A stretch of DNA of 52,088 bases, filler included, from Basidiobolus ranarum (Eukaryota), in assembly GCA_040143965.1 (NCBI GenBank). It is 3 parts of 3 records of this genome, joined end to end, with 100 filler letters (N's around TTAATTAATTAA, not from the genome) between each part and the next. Parts side by side here need not be neighbours in the genome. Positions count along the whole stretch, not along the records: positions 1 to 17,321 come from JASJQH010007183.1; positions 17,422 to 34,732 come from JASJQH010007184.1; 1 more part is not named here. The stretch is one strand, 5' to 3'. The position numbers and the translations under genes are program-made. The notes beneath the pieces are model-generated. The model ran no database searches. It was not told the origin of the DNA and worked only from the letters and a program-made list of their open reading frames with translations. The first letter of the stretch is position 1; each line of letters begins with the position of its first letter. Of the stretch, positions 11,916 through 22,701 are shown in pieces.

Positions 11916-13211
11916 ATGGAGTGTATTGATGTTTATACAACGAAGCTGAAGTTGAATGGCCCTCTCAGTCAGTTAGCTCTGGTGGGTTTGATTTGCTGTT
12001 TAATTATTGGCGCATACAACTCTAGCTACGGCATTGGCAGGCTAGGAAGCCTCGATCAGAATAGCACCGTTACAGTGAATACGGTTTTTTACGTTACATG
12101 CTCTGTATCCTCTATTATCTCGGGCAGTTTAAACAATATGTTGGGCCCAAAGTTGATCATCTTGATTGGCTGCGGGACCTATATTATTTACTTCTTGATG
12201 ATATGGTTCGCCTCGGATACACGTGACTCCTTTACCATCATTGGTGCTATTTTTGCTGGCTTTGGATGTGCCATCATTTGGGCAGCACAGGGAGTGATAA
12301 TGATGGCTTATCCCATGGAAAACCAGAAAGGCCGATACTTTGGGATCTTCTGGGCGATATTCAACTTGGGCGCTTTCGTAGGGGGATTATTGACTTTGTG
12401 CGGATTAACATACAACGTTGTCAGCGTTTCATTCGCAATTCTAGCCGTCATAAGTGGACTCATCTCTTTACTCTTAGTCAATCCGGCCACCGTGGTTAGA
12501 AGTGACGGCTCCAGGGTAACCACGAAAACCAAATTCCATCTTCACCACGAATTACGTCAACTTCCTCACACCTTTCTACACCGAAAGCTTCTTCTTCTGA
12601 TTCCACTTTTCTTCTACTCCAATTGGTTCTACAGTTATAGATTTGGAAGTTTTAACAGCGAACTGTTCTCTCCTCGTACACGTGCTTTCAACGCTACATT
12701 TTATTGGGCTTCTCAGATATTAGGGTGTATGACGTTTGGCCAATTCCTCGACAATCCGTTATTCACTCGTCCCAAGCGAGCCATACTAGGGTTAACATTT
12801 CTAACGCTATTCTATACGGCCACTTGGATTGGATGTATTTTTATGGAACTCTCTAGAGCGGAGATTACCAAAAATTCAGGTATTGATATAGTGGACAATC
12901 AATACACCGGATCACTCGTGTTATTGTTGCTCAGTGGCATATCTGATTCCATGATTCAAACCTGGTGTTACTGGTTACTTGGTTCGATCACAAACAACGC
13001 GATGATTCTCTCTAGATGTTCTGGATTTTACAAATGCATTCAATCTGCAGGTACGGCCATATCATGGTATATATCGCTGCTGGATGTCACTTCTTTAACT
13101 CTGGTGTGGATCAATTGCGCACTCTTCCTTGTCTCCGTTCCCTTTGCTTATCTAGCCGCTAGAGATGTTACCAAAGCCAACCATCTACCTGTTCATACTG
13201 ATGATTCTTAG
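11916..13211 (+). CDS. UNC-93/DUF895-family MFS transporter (NGT1/NOPE1-like, candidate GlcNAc transporter)
   Basis: 431 aa, about 12 hydrophobic segments. Family-type motifs NGPLSQLALVG, IWAAQGVIMMAYP..QKGRYFGIFWAIFNLG and SNWFYSY.F...N...F..RTRAFNATFYWASQ. Substrate is inferred. Confidence 0.85.
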   Translation: MECIDVYTTKLKLNGPLSQLALVGLICCLIIGAYNSSYGIGRLGSLDQNSTVTVNTVFYVTCSVSSIISGSLNNMLGPKLIILIGCGTYIIYFLMIWFASDTRDSFTIIGAIFAGFGCAIIWAAQGVIMMAYPMENQKGRYFGIFWAIFNLGAFVGGLLTLCGLTYNVVSVSFAILAVISGLISLLLVNPATVVRSDGSRVTTKTKFHLHHELRQLPHTFLHRKLLLLIPLFFYSNWFYSYRFGSFNSELFSPRTRAFNATFYWASQILGCMTFGQFLDNPLFTRPKRAILGLTFLTLFYTATWIGCIFMELSRAEITKNSGIDIVDNQYTGSLVLLLLSGISDSMIQTWCYWLLGSITNNAMILSRCSGFYKCIQSAGTAISWYISLLDVTSLTLVWINCALFLVSVPFAYLAARDVTKANHLPVHTDDS

Positions 13212-13314
13212 ATCTTTCATTAGATGTATATTTCGCCCATCGGGCATCCATATGTATATTAGTTTCTCCAATGTAGATTTCCTCGATAAACCAATCATTA
13301 AAGTTGTGTTCGTA

Positions 13315-13364
13315 TGTATTTGAACTGTATTGGAACTGTATTGAAACTGTATTGGAACTGTATT
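13315..13364. repeat. 11-bp tandem repeat (CTGTATTGGAA)x~4.5
   Basis: tgtatttgaac tgtattggaac tgtattgaaac tgtattggaac tgtatt, read directly. Confidence 0.85.
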
Positions 13365-13589
13365 TTACCCACCATAAACATTACATAATAAATATTATTC
13401 AGCAATATACGTTTGAGAATCACCCCATTCCTGAATATACCTTTCTAGAATGGAATTCGAGTTTTAGCAGAGAAAAAAAAATGATTCATTTCTTAGACAG
13501 ATATGACTCGGGTAAAGGAACAAAAGTTCACTGAGTTGGTGCTGAAGGGATCTTTCTTCTGCATTCTTAGTAGATTTTCATCTTCCAAA

Positions 13590-14004
13590 ATGGTGAGTGT
13601 TCATGAATGAAATAGATGAAGTAGCACTAGCTTAGTAATAGTAATAGTGATATTGGACTATGTATCTAAACCCCTTCCAAGTTCATCCATCCGATGTTAA
13701 TCTCAACCTCTATTTATTTTATTTCTAGGCTAAACGCACCAAAAAGGTTGGAGTTGTCGGTAAATACGGTACCCGTTATGGTGCTTCTCTTCGTAAACAA
13801 GTAAAGAAGATGGAAATCACTCAACATGCCAAATATACCTGTACTTTCTGTGGTAAGGATGCTGTCAAGCGTCAATCTGTTGGTATCTGGGAGTGCCGTG
13901 GATGTCGTAAGGTCATGGCCGGTGGTGCCTGGACCGTTTCTACTACCGCTGCTGCCACTGTTAGAAGCACTGTCCGTCGTCTTCGTGAATTGATGGAATC
14001 TTAA
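13590..14004 (+). CDS. RPL43: 60S ribosomal protein eL43 (L37a); ATG-only first exon 13590-13592, intron 13593-13728
   Basis: ATG|GTGAGT...TTCTAG|GCT gives [60 protein letters not shown]...RRLRELMES, with the C2-C2 zinc finger and strong codon bias. Confidence 0.98.
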
Positions 14005-14318
14005 TTTCGAGAACTTCAATAAATGCCATTTCTACTATAGAATAATCTAAATATCGACATTTTCACTGCTATAGAGTAGAACTCATAGCATCATTTCCAC
14101 CACCACAACAGAACCAACCAAATATCGATATTTCTATGGTGATAGAAGAATCGTTTACACATTATTTCTACAGCTACAGAACTGCTTCAGTATCATTGCT
14201 CGATTAATTTTGAGGACATTTAATCAGACTTTATTTAGTTAATGTTTATGAGAGAGTACAATGAGATATGCTATAAGAAAATGTACAAAAATTCGTGACT
14301 AGAGAGTTAGGCCCTAGT

Positions 14319-15123
14319 TTACTTCGAACGGTTGGTTCTGTATTGGACCAAGATTCCAATAAGTGCAATGGCGACGGTAGAACCCAGCATTGCATAGACT
14401 TTAGCATCAGTATGATAGAAGACATTAGAATCACCTCCCCAGAATAGATTTAATTGACCGGTAAATCCGGTTTTGAGGAAATGATCCAATCCGATCACAA
14501 ATATGTAGGCCCCGGAGATGGCAGTACAAATGATCATGATATGTTTCTCAAAGAACAATATGGACACAAGTCCAACAAGCACCATAGCAACGATGAATAT
14601 GGTTCTAGGTGTGCCAGAGGAGATCAACATGCCACTCTTAAGCGAGAGAATTAGCATGGCCAATGAAAATCCACCCAATCCACCGATAATGGCCAGGCCG
14701 AGCTTCCACAAGCACAACAGTAGGAGACCGCCAAGAATACCAATGGCACAACTAACTCCCAAATAAATCCATGACTTGGACGTATCCCCATCGGCCACTG
14801 GTTGGATTTTCTCAGCTAAGAATAGGGATAGACCGGCAAAGAAGAAGAAGCCAGCAATAAAAATTGTAACCTTGACTAGATGGCGTCCGAAGAAACAGAA
14901 GAGAAATCCAACGACAATGCACACAATTGCTGCTACCAACTGTTCCGTGTCTGTGAGACCTTGAGCTGTGAATCAGAATGTTAATAAGAGATCATAAATA
15001 AACTGTGCATCGATGCTACGTACTATTGGTAAGTGTACCCTGGGCTAATGCCATTGGGAGGGATATTAAAGAGATAAGTGCAGCAATTATAAGGCTGCTC
15101 GGAAGTGAAGTTGATCGCATCAT
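14319..15123 (-). CDS. TM7S3/TMEM198-like (DUF4203) multi-pass membrane protein, paralogue A; exons 15024-15123 and 14319-14965
   Basis: Signal peptide MMRSTSLPSSLIIAALISLISLPMALA, phase-1 intron 14966-15023 (GTACGT...CAG). Motifs GFLFCFFGRHLVK, GGLGGFSLA and TAISGAY..V.GLDHF; about 7 TM segments. Confidence 0.88.
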
Positions 15124-15937
15124 TTAAGATTTACTTTAGAGTTATGTGATTGTTGAACAGGGCATGCCGACCTTTATACTGTTGACTGGGTGAGTGCTTA
15201 GCCCCACATGATCATGGCTGAATCAAGAAATCTATGAGGCTTATCATGGAGTCGATAGCTTGGATTTTAGAAGGAACCGTAAGGAACCGTTACAAAATGA
15301 TTGGATAAGGAAGATTAAAAATAGATGCCAAGGATATTACAGGAATTAAAAAACAATTCAAGGTTATTCCAGGAGCGTTATTACAGGAATTAAAGAATAA
15401 TCACTATTTCCTATTTAATTCAACTATCGCTTTCTTGCTCAATCGGATCCTTGCGTCACGTATTTCTCGCTTTTTCTGGCTTCCTCTTGGCAAGAACTGA
15501 ACCTTATCTTGGGCTGATGTAGCAAATGCAGTATGTGACACCGGACTCTTTGTTAAAAGTCCAGAACTATGCTGTTTACTCAACACTGCTCCTTAAATGA
15601 TGGATCATTTAATTTTAGTAGCCTGCTTTCTATTGGTACTTTTTCATCGGTGCTAACCCTTAAAACCGTGTGCAACTTCTGGTAACCTACTGTGAGTTTC
15701 AATTAGGAAACCATTAAATATATTTAGCTATTTGAATCAAGAGACACTTGGGCTAGGAAACATTTATAGGGGACCTTATTCAAGTTTGGCTTGTAATTTG
15801 ATTTGTACTCCTTCGCAATGCAAAATAATCAGAAACAAGTCCTACGGAACAATAGTAATCTTCCTAAATATAAGCTTCCCACATACCTCTCTAATTAGTA
15901 TCTTTTTCATCTTTCTCTGAAGGTCTCTCTACCATAG

Positions 15938-16743
15938 ATGAATCCCAAGTTCAATCTGTTACTGCTGGCTCTAGTATCGCTGTTTTCTTTGCCAGCAGTA
16001 TTGGCGCAAGACCCAATAAATAATGGTAACATGAGTTTCCTACTTTCTCTTGCGTGATAATTATGAGTGACTCTTCTTTACTGTATATGTTAGACCAAGA
16101 ATTAAGCCAAACACAGAAAATCATCTCAGGTGTCTTATTGATACTAGTTGGTTTTGCATTTTGCTTCTTTGGTCGTCGACTGGTTAAAGTGACTATTTTC
16201 CTCGCTGGCTTTGTTTTCTTTGCTGGACTTGCCTTCATTGTCTTAGCGAATATTAGTCCCATTAGCACCGACAACACCTCCAAATCATGGATATTCTTAG
16301 CCGTTAGTATAGTAGCTGGTCTTATTGGCGGGTATCTATTGATATGTTTATTCAAAGTTGGACTGACATTTGTTGGTGCGTTGGGTGGTTTCGCACTATC
16401 CATGATTATTTTATCCCTGAAAGACAATATGTTGATCCCATCGAACGCTGGACGCATCATTTTTGTTGTTGTCTTTGTTGTTATCGGGGCTGTCTCCATA
16501 CTCTTCCTAGAGAAGCACATTCTTATATGGTCCTCCGCGATTACTGGTTCCTACGCAATGGTTGTTGGAGTGGATGTCTTTGTTAAAACTGGATTATATT
16601 ATTCCTTAAATCTATTTTTCAGAGGACATCGTGAAGTATTCTATCACACTGACGCTAAAGTATATGCTATGTTAGCTTCAGTGATTCTTATCACTGGTGT
16701 TGGTGCACTGTTTCAGTATCGTACTACACGTGATAAGAGCTGA
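15938..16743 (+). CDS. TM7S3/TMEM198-like (DUF4203) membrane protein, paralogue B; exons 15938-16025 and 16094-16743
   Basis: Signal peptide MNPKFNLLLLALVSLFSLPAVLA, phase-1 intron 16026-16093 at the same position as in paralogue A. Shared blocks FCFFGR.LVKVTIF, TSKSWI and VFYHTDAKVYAML. Confidence 0.88.
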
Positions 16744-17152
16744 GTATCTAGTTTTTCTCATTAGCACTTGAATTTCTTCCATTTTGCATATTCCTAGCTA
16801 ATAAAATTTATTAGCAAGGTCTTCAAAATTCATTCTAACCTGTATATATGTCGACACTTACTTGAATAAAGCTCCCGACGTAAACTTTATGCTTGAGTTA
16901 TGATCATATGGTATGTAACAATGTCATCATGTGACACTACCAACTTTACAACATGCTTTCATAGATTCTTTATGAAACTAACTTCAAGTGAAATTAACAT
17001 CTTCCGACTACATACACTACAATAACTTTCCGCAAATCGAGTATGGAATGAATGAGTTGAAATTACTGATTTAATATGACTAAATTGTTTCTTGAGTCAA
17101 TGATAAATATACATTTGTATTGGCATTAAGATATGAAAGTGAGTACGATGAT

Positions 17153-17321
17153 TTAGTTGTTCTCGGGACGAAGACTGCGTACAGTCTTACCAGCTCTCCA
17201 CATTTCACTTTGACGGATCTCTTCCAATTCCTTCTCTAATCCCTCACGGTAGTTCTCTTCTGAGTTCTTCTCCAATGATCTACGAGTCTCACTGCCATCG
17301 GCAACCGAGGTGTAGAGTTGC
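17153..17321 (-). CDS. ILV5: C-terminal fragment of ketol-acid reductoisomerase (acetohydroxyacid isomeroreductase), cut by the contig end
   Basis: Minus strand reads QLYTSVADGSETRRSLEKNSEENYREGLEKELEEIRQSEMWRAGKTVRSLRPENN*, matching the fungal Ilv5 C-terminus (..G.ET.RSLE.NS..DYRE.LE.EL..IR..E.W..GK.VR.LRPEN). Not in the ORF track. Confidence 0.92.
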
Positions 17322-17421
17322 NNNNNNNNNNNNNNNNNNNNNNNNNNNNNNNNNNNNNNNNNNNNTTAATTAATTAANNNNNNNNNNNNNNNNNNNNNNN
17401 NNNNNNNNNNNNNNNNNNNNN
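17322..17421. other. Artificial contig linker
   Basis: 44 N + TTAATTAATTAA (stop codons in all six frames) + 44 N. Confidence 0.98.
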
Positions 17422-18988
17422 AACACAACCCCAGTGTTAGTTTTCTGTATTTTCACCAAAATGTATAAATGCTTAATTTCTGGTCAATAAATAATTATCT
17501 CACAAAGCTATTCACAACTCCACTTTTCTAAAGTTCCTCCAAACAGCCCATATTTTCCCAATGAGTTACATGTATTTTTCATTAACTGACTTCATCTTGG
17601 AAATAGGAGATAAATGTGATCCCAAGCTTAGTATTACTCATGAAAGTTCTATTAGTTGTACAAAATATTACACATTGCAAGATTTGCAATGCTGTTTAAT
17701 TAATAGAAAAGTACAAGAGTATTCCTTTTTCCAGATTGGGTTTTTAATATTTCATAGTGATATGGCTGATATCTTCAAAATACATTACTATCAAGAAGGG
17801 CAGGTAGCTTTCATGGTACACAGTAGTATTGTATGAATATATGCTTGGGAAATTCCATAAACATCTGTTGGCAGATGATGATAAAATTTATGCTACTGTA
17901 TTAATTTCATTATTTGTTAGCATCAAGAATTGCTCTCAAATAGAATCAAGTTTGCATATAAAAGAGCTAGATTTTTGGATTGATTGAGTAGCAGTCATAA
18001 TGGTAGATGAACCAACTTGAATAGAACTAATTAGATTGTACAGGTAGCAAAGTTTGGCTACATGAAAGTGATTTGTTGCATTTCTTGCTTTGGTTTACTC
18101 TGGGTCAAAGAAGGATGAATCAAAGCTTGGCTTACTATTTTTACTGAGTTCAATTTACCATCCTGTTAAGTATCTATTTTACATCTTTTCATTCAAGTTA
18201 TGGATTAGATTTGAAGTTTTAAGCATTGAGGAAGCTAATCTTTTGGATTAGTCAAGCTCTGAGTTTGAGTAAGTGAAATTTATATGTATCTGGCTGAATC
18301 ATTTACACTTTCAGTGATATAACCATGAATATCAAAATCAAAGTCCTCTGTATTAGACACAGTATTGTTATTGTCAACAAAACTTTTGTTTGAGCTATTT
18401 TATGCTTTCTTCTTTTACTTTGCACTGATATAGCTATAGTAGTGATATATTGCTCCTTATCATTGGTTTAGAAGCTTAAACTAGATTTCTTATGATCTCC
18501 TAATCAGGTATCTCACTCTTATCTTTTAAGAGTAAAAGATCCATATGGAAAAATTGGTTTGGAATATATCAAAGCCAGTAGCCAGTGAATTATAAGATTT
18601 AGTGAAATCTGAAATTTACTGAAATAAGATAGTCACATTTTCATATATGGTGATTGGTCAACATATCACCTTCTGCTCTGGATTGTATTTTATCATTTTG
18701 GCTTTTTTTATTTCAAGAATTTCAGGCTACTACAAACTGATACTCATAGCTCAAACAAGATACTTAGGAAAAGCAATATAATACTAGATTAGCAAGCTTT
18801 TTGTAATCCAATACTGTGTAAGTTATAAAGACACCTTGGGGACAAAATAGTGTAAAATAGTATATTGTTATTAGTAGTTTTTTAGCTATATTTGTTTTCA
18901 TGCATGTAATGTAACCCCAATATTTGTTCTCTGCGCATCAACCAAAAAGTATAAATGCTTTGCTTTATAGTTGGTTAATATTGTTTCT
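17422..18988. mobile_element. Decayed AT-rich, CpG-poor transposon relic (unclassified)
   Basis: No long ORF and almost no CG dinucleotides. Imperfect direct repeat aacccca.t.tt..tt.tctg....t..accaaaa.gtataaatgctt at ~17427-17474 and ~18913-18960. Confidence 0.55.
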
Positions 18989-19333
18989 TATTGAAATTTG
19001 CATAGCCTAGACCTCTATATAGTAATATATAGTTAGTGCCTAGTTTTGCACATATATTAAGATATCACCCACTATTCTCAACAGCAGTTTACTTAGAATA
19101 CCTTTACAAATTTGGAAGTTCTCAGATATATCCACTCTTTAAAACTTGCCCTAGAGGCCCCAAACTCTGCACACATGCTCCCGTGACCTTTCTTAACACA
19201 TTCTGCATGTTTGTTTGCTTATCTCTTGATAAAACTATAAATGGTGACTCTAGTAAATAAATCATTAAGTGAAAACCATCAATTCCGCTTGTTCTCTAAA
19301 CCACTTCCAACAAACCCCCAAAATACTTCAACA
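18989..19333 (+). mobile_element. Solo LTR, copia-type family B (345 bp), with perfect 5-bp TSD TTTCT
   Basis: Ends TATTGAAATT...TTCAACA; TTTCT at 18984-18988 and 19334-19338. Homologous to 48502-48848 and 50741-50865. Orientation is assumed. Confidence 0.82.
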
Positions 19334-19581
19334 TTTCTCAAGTTAAACGCTACTCTATTCTCCATAATATATGCCAAATTTTCTCAATAAAATCAGCAAT
19401 CTTCAACTTTTAAATTCAGATTGAAATAGTAGTAGCACATAGCAATAGTGGACCATTACTTTTTATCTGTTGATCTCACATGGCTAATTATTCATTACTA
19501 TTAGCAATTACAAGGTATTCTTAATTTAACTTGTGAAATATTTTTATTTACTCACAGATTGATGTATATACACTAAACTAT

Positions 19582-21083
19582 CTATTTCTTAACTTCTTTC
19601 TTAGCATCTTTGGTCTTATCCTGAACAATATCCTCACTTTCAGATTTGACTTTCTCACTAAGATTTTGAATCTCTGATAATTTCTTCTCTAACAATTCTT
19701 TCCCTTCTTTGATCGTGTCCTTGCCAACTCCCTTATCGGCAATTTTCTTGATTTCAGTATAAGTATCGGAGATGATTTTAGATGCCTCTGGACCCTTCTT
19801 TTCTGCCAAAGTCTTCATCTCCTTTACTCCTTCATCGACTATTTTCTTGAGTTCAGGTGCTTTCTGAAGCACGGGATCTGCTAATTCTTGGGCCTTATTC
19901 CACGCTTGCTCTCCTACCTTTCCTTTAAGATCCTTTAGCTCCGATAACTTTTCTTCGACGAGAGTTTTAGCCTCCTTAATAGTGTCCTCATTGATTCCCT
20001 TTTCAGAGATTTTCTTTAGCTGAGACATAAGATCTTCTGCCATATCTTTTACTTGTGGTCCGTGCTCTTTGGCGGCCTCTGAAAACACATCAGTTGCTTG
20101 TTCGATCTTCTTCTTCACATCTGGCATTTTATCAAGGAATGGCCCCGCTAGTAGAATACTTTTATCCCAGGCTATGTCCCCGGCCTTACCAACGAGTTTT
20201 TTGGCATCCTCCATATTGTCCTTGATTAGTTCAGTGATTTCGCTGACGGTATTTTCATTCATCCCTTCATCAAGGGTCTTCTTAATTTGAGAATATGTTT
20301 TGGAAACAATTTTTTGTGCATCTTCACCGCCCTTTCCACTTAGTGATTTCAACTCCTCGAGACTTCCTCCAACAGCATCCTTTACCTGAGGGAAAGCATT
20401 CAAGAACTCATCACTAACATCCTCAGCTATATCTTTGACTAATTCCTGAAGGTGAGTAGTTTTCTGTTTGATGAGTTCAGTGACTTTCTTGGTGGACTCT
20501 TCATCCCATCCATTTGCAGTGATTTTAGAAACTTCTTGAGTCGTTTCATCCCAAAGTTTCTTGATTTCTGGGCCATGATTATCTTCCAACTTTTGAAGTT
20601 GATCCAACAAAGTTTTTGCACCTGGTATGGAGATCAGAAGGGGAGTAGATAGACTTTTTACTGTATTCACAATCACTCCTGGTGGCGGTGTTTTGGCCTC
20701 AATATTTTGAATGGTTTGAAAGGCTGATTGGGCTTTACCTACGACATCTTTGGCACCAGAAAAGTGATACCATCCATAGCCTGTAAATATAGAATATTAG
20801 AAAGAGTTGCACCAGGAAGGTTACCCTTTTCCCATTCCTACCTCCAATTACGACGGCACTTCCACCGGCGAGACCCGCGAGAATATGGCTTACATTATTT
20901 GCAGTTGGGGGAGTAGTTTGCTTAATTTGACCCGATGGTATGTTAGCATTTTGTAGGTAATAACTCTGTTCAGATATTTGAACTTACCGAAACGAAACGT
21001 CTTGCACTTGTTGTAGACATATGGCCTGTGATGGCGGAAGAGGCCTTGGTTAAGGAACGAGTCATAGAAATTGAACGGTACAT
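19582..21083 (-). CDS. Mitochondrion-targeted, membrane-anchored apolipophorin/LEA-like helical repeat protein; exons 20988-21083, 20842-20920 and 19582-20780
   Basis: Arg/Ser/Thr-rich presequence lacking acidic residues (MYRSISMTRSLTKASSAITGHMSTTSARRFVS). Introns 20921-20987 and 20781-20841 are in frame. TM plus motif ILAGLAGGSAVVIGGYGWYHFSGAK, then a K/E-rich amphipathic repeat region. Confidence 0.85.
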
Positions 21084-22701
21084 TTTTATGAGGTGGTTAA
21101 ATATGAAAGTATACAAGGTATGTGCAGTGAATGTTTATATGAGGGATATTTATGTCGAGCTGGCTTATATATCAGTAGAAGTGTGAATGATGTGACTTGT
21201 AACGCTTGATTTCAATGAAGCCAAAATTAAAAGTTATGTCATTTCCTGACCTTTAATTGTGACGTTATTATCACGCCAATAGTGTAATATTTGCTAAATC
21301 AGTTACCGATCAGAATTAGAGTGATACAAAGTGGTCTATCTCATATATGAAAAGTTACGTATCATGAACGAAAGCAGCACAACCTGCTCAATTAGCGAAA
21401 TGGAACGTTGCCAAATGATCATCAATCTACGTGGTGTGATAGTTACATGTAAGCAAGCTTTATATAACTAGAATTAGAAGTAATATATAATTCGTACTTG
21501 TAGTTGTATTCAAAGTATTTATAGCTTCGTGGGAAATGAAGAATATTAAGCTTAAATTTGTTGAAAGTGGGGAAGAGGTTTACGGAGTCTTCGATGAGAT
21601 TGGCATGTCTTTCTCAATATTTCTGAGATATATCCAAAACAATATTACAATATTACAATATTACAATTTTGACTATGAAGACTTAATCAATGTTAGTTCG
21701 TACTCGACCGCAAAAATAAATTGACGAAATAGGTTTGATTGCTGTTGCTCCACTCGCTACTCATCTCTCATTCTACTCAGGTAAAAATCAGACAATGTTT
21801 AGTAATATTACCAGGATACTTTAACTGACTCGTTATAGAGCCGGTAGGAACAACCTTAAGCCAGCAGAAAAGATAGAGTGTGTATCGCTAACTGAGATAT
21901 ATTTACTGAATGAAAACCAACTCATTCCCTACCAAGCAAATATCGTAAATGTTGTTACCAATAAGTAGGAGGACTTCGCATCACCGTATAAGGTATAATT
22001 ATATCACCAAATATGTTTACTTCTATCGCTAATAAGTGGCGTCAATGCATGCAAAGCTCAACGGAGTAAACATTAAAGATCTAAACCACAAATTCTGAAA
22101 CGCATTCCACAACACCCATATCCTACTACACTACCACCAAAGACAAGTTGAGTAACGTAGTAAGACCAATATTCCAGCAGAGGATGTTCTAGAAGACGAT
22201 GTTCCTAAATATTAATGGTTTCATTGGATATCAAGATTATATATATTGGTTGAACTTATCTCATTAAATCATTGGGCTAAAGCAAAACTACATATTCAAT
22301 TGAAACATGTCAGAAATGTCATACAAACATCTGTCGCAATATTCTTCGACATAAGCCACTCTAGGGTCTGTTTCGTTTGTATTGGAGTAATAGGGTTAGG
22401 TTCATGATTAGAAACCATACTATCTTAGTTAGGCATATGTTTAAGCTAGACATATATTTAAACATAGACTGATTATTAATCGATACATTTTACTCTGGAC
22501 TGGACTACGTAATCCCATACGCTTGTTGATAAGAAACAGTCACCAAATATGTCTAGAGGTGAGGGCAAACTAATAGATGTTCTAGACCTCTGAAATAAAC
22601 AATATCTAGGGATCTAGAATAATGTTCCAATGTTATAAATATGCCAATTGTCTAAATATTTTCTCGACTTTTGATTTATATTAACTTTCATCAATTTAAT
22701 T

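Noticed and set aside
13593..13728. Possible intronic snoRNA in the RPL43 intron (longest intron here)
   Set aside because: No canonical box C (RTGATGA) with box D (CTGA), and no evident H/ACA hairpin pair.
14028..14196. Resemblance of ATTTCTAC...TAGA units to a Cas12a CRISPR repeat array
   Set aside because: Units are too degenerate and too short for repeat plus spacer, the context is eukaryotic and there are no cas genes. Kept only as a minisatellite-like finding.
17366..17377. TTAATTAATTAA island within N runs (also 34777-34788)
   Set aside because: Synthetic six-frame stop linker, not genomic sequence.
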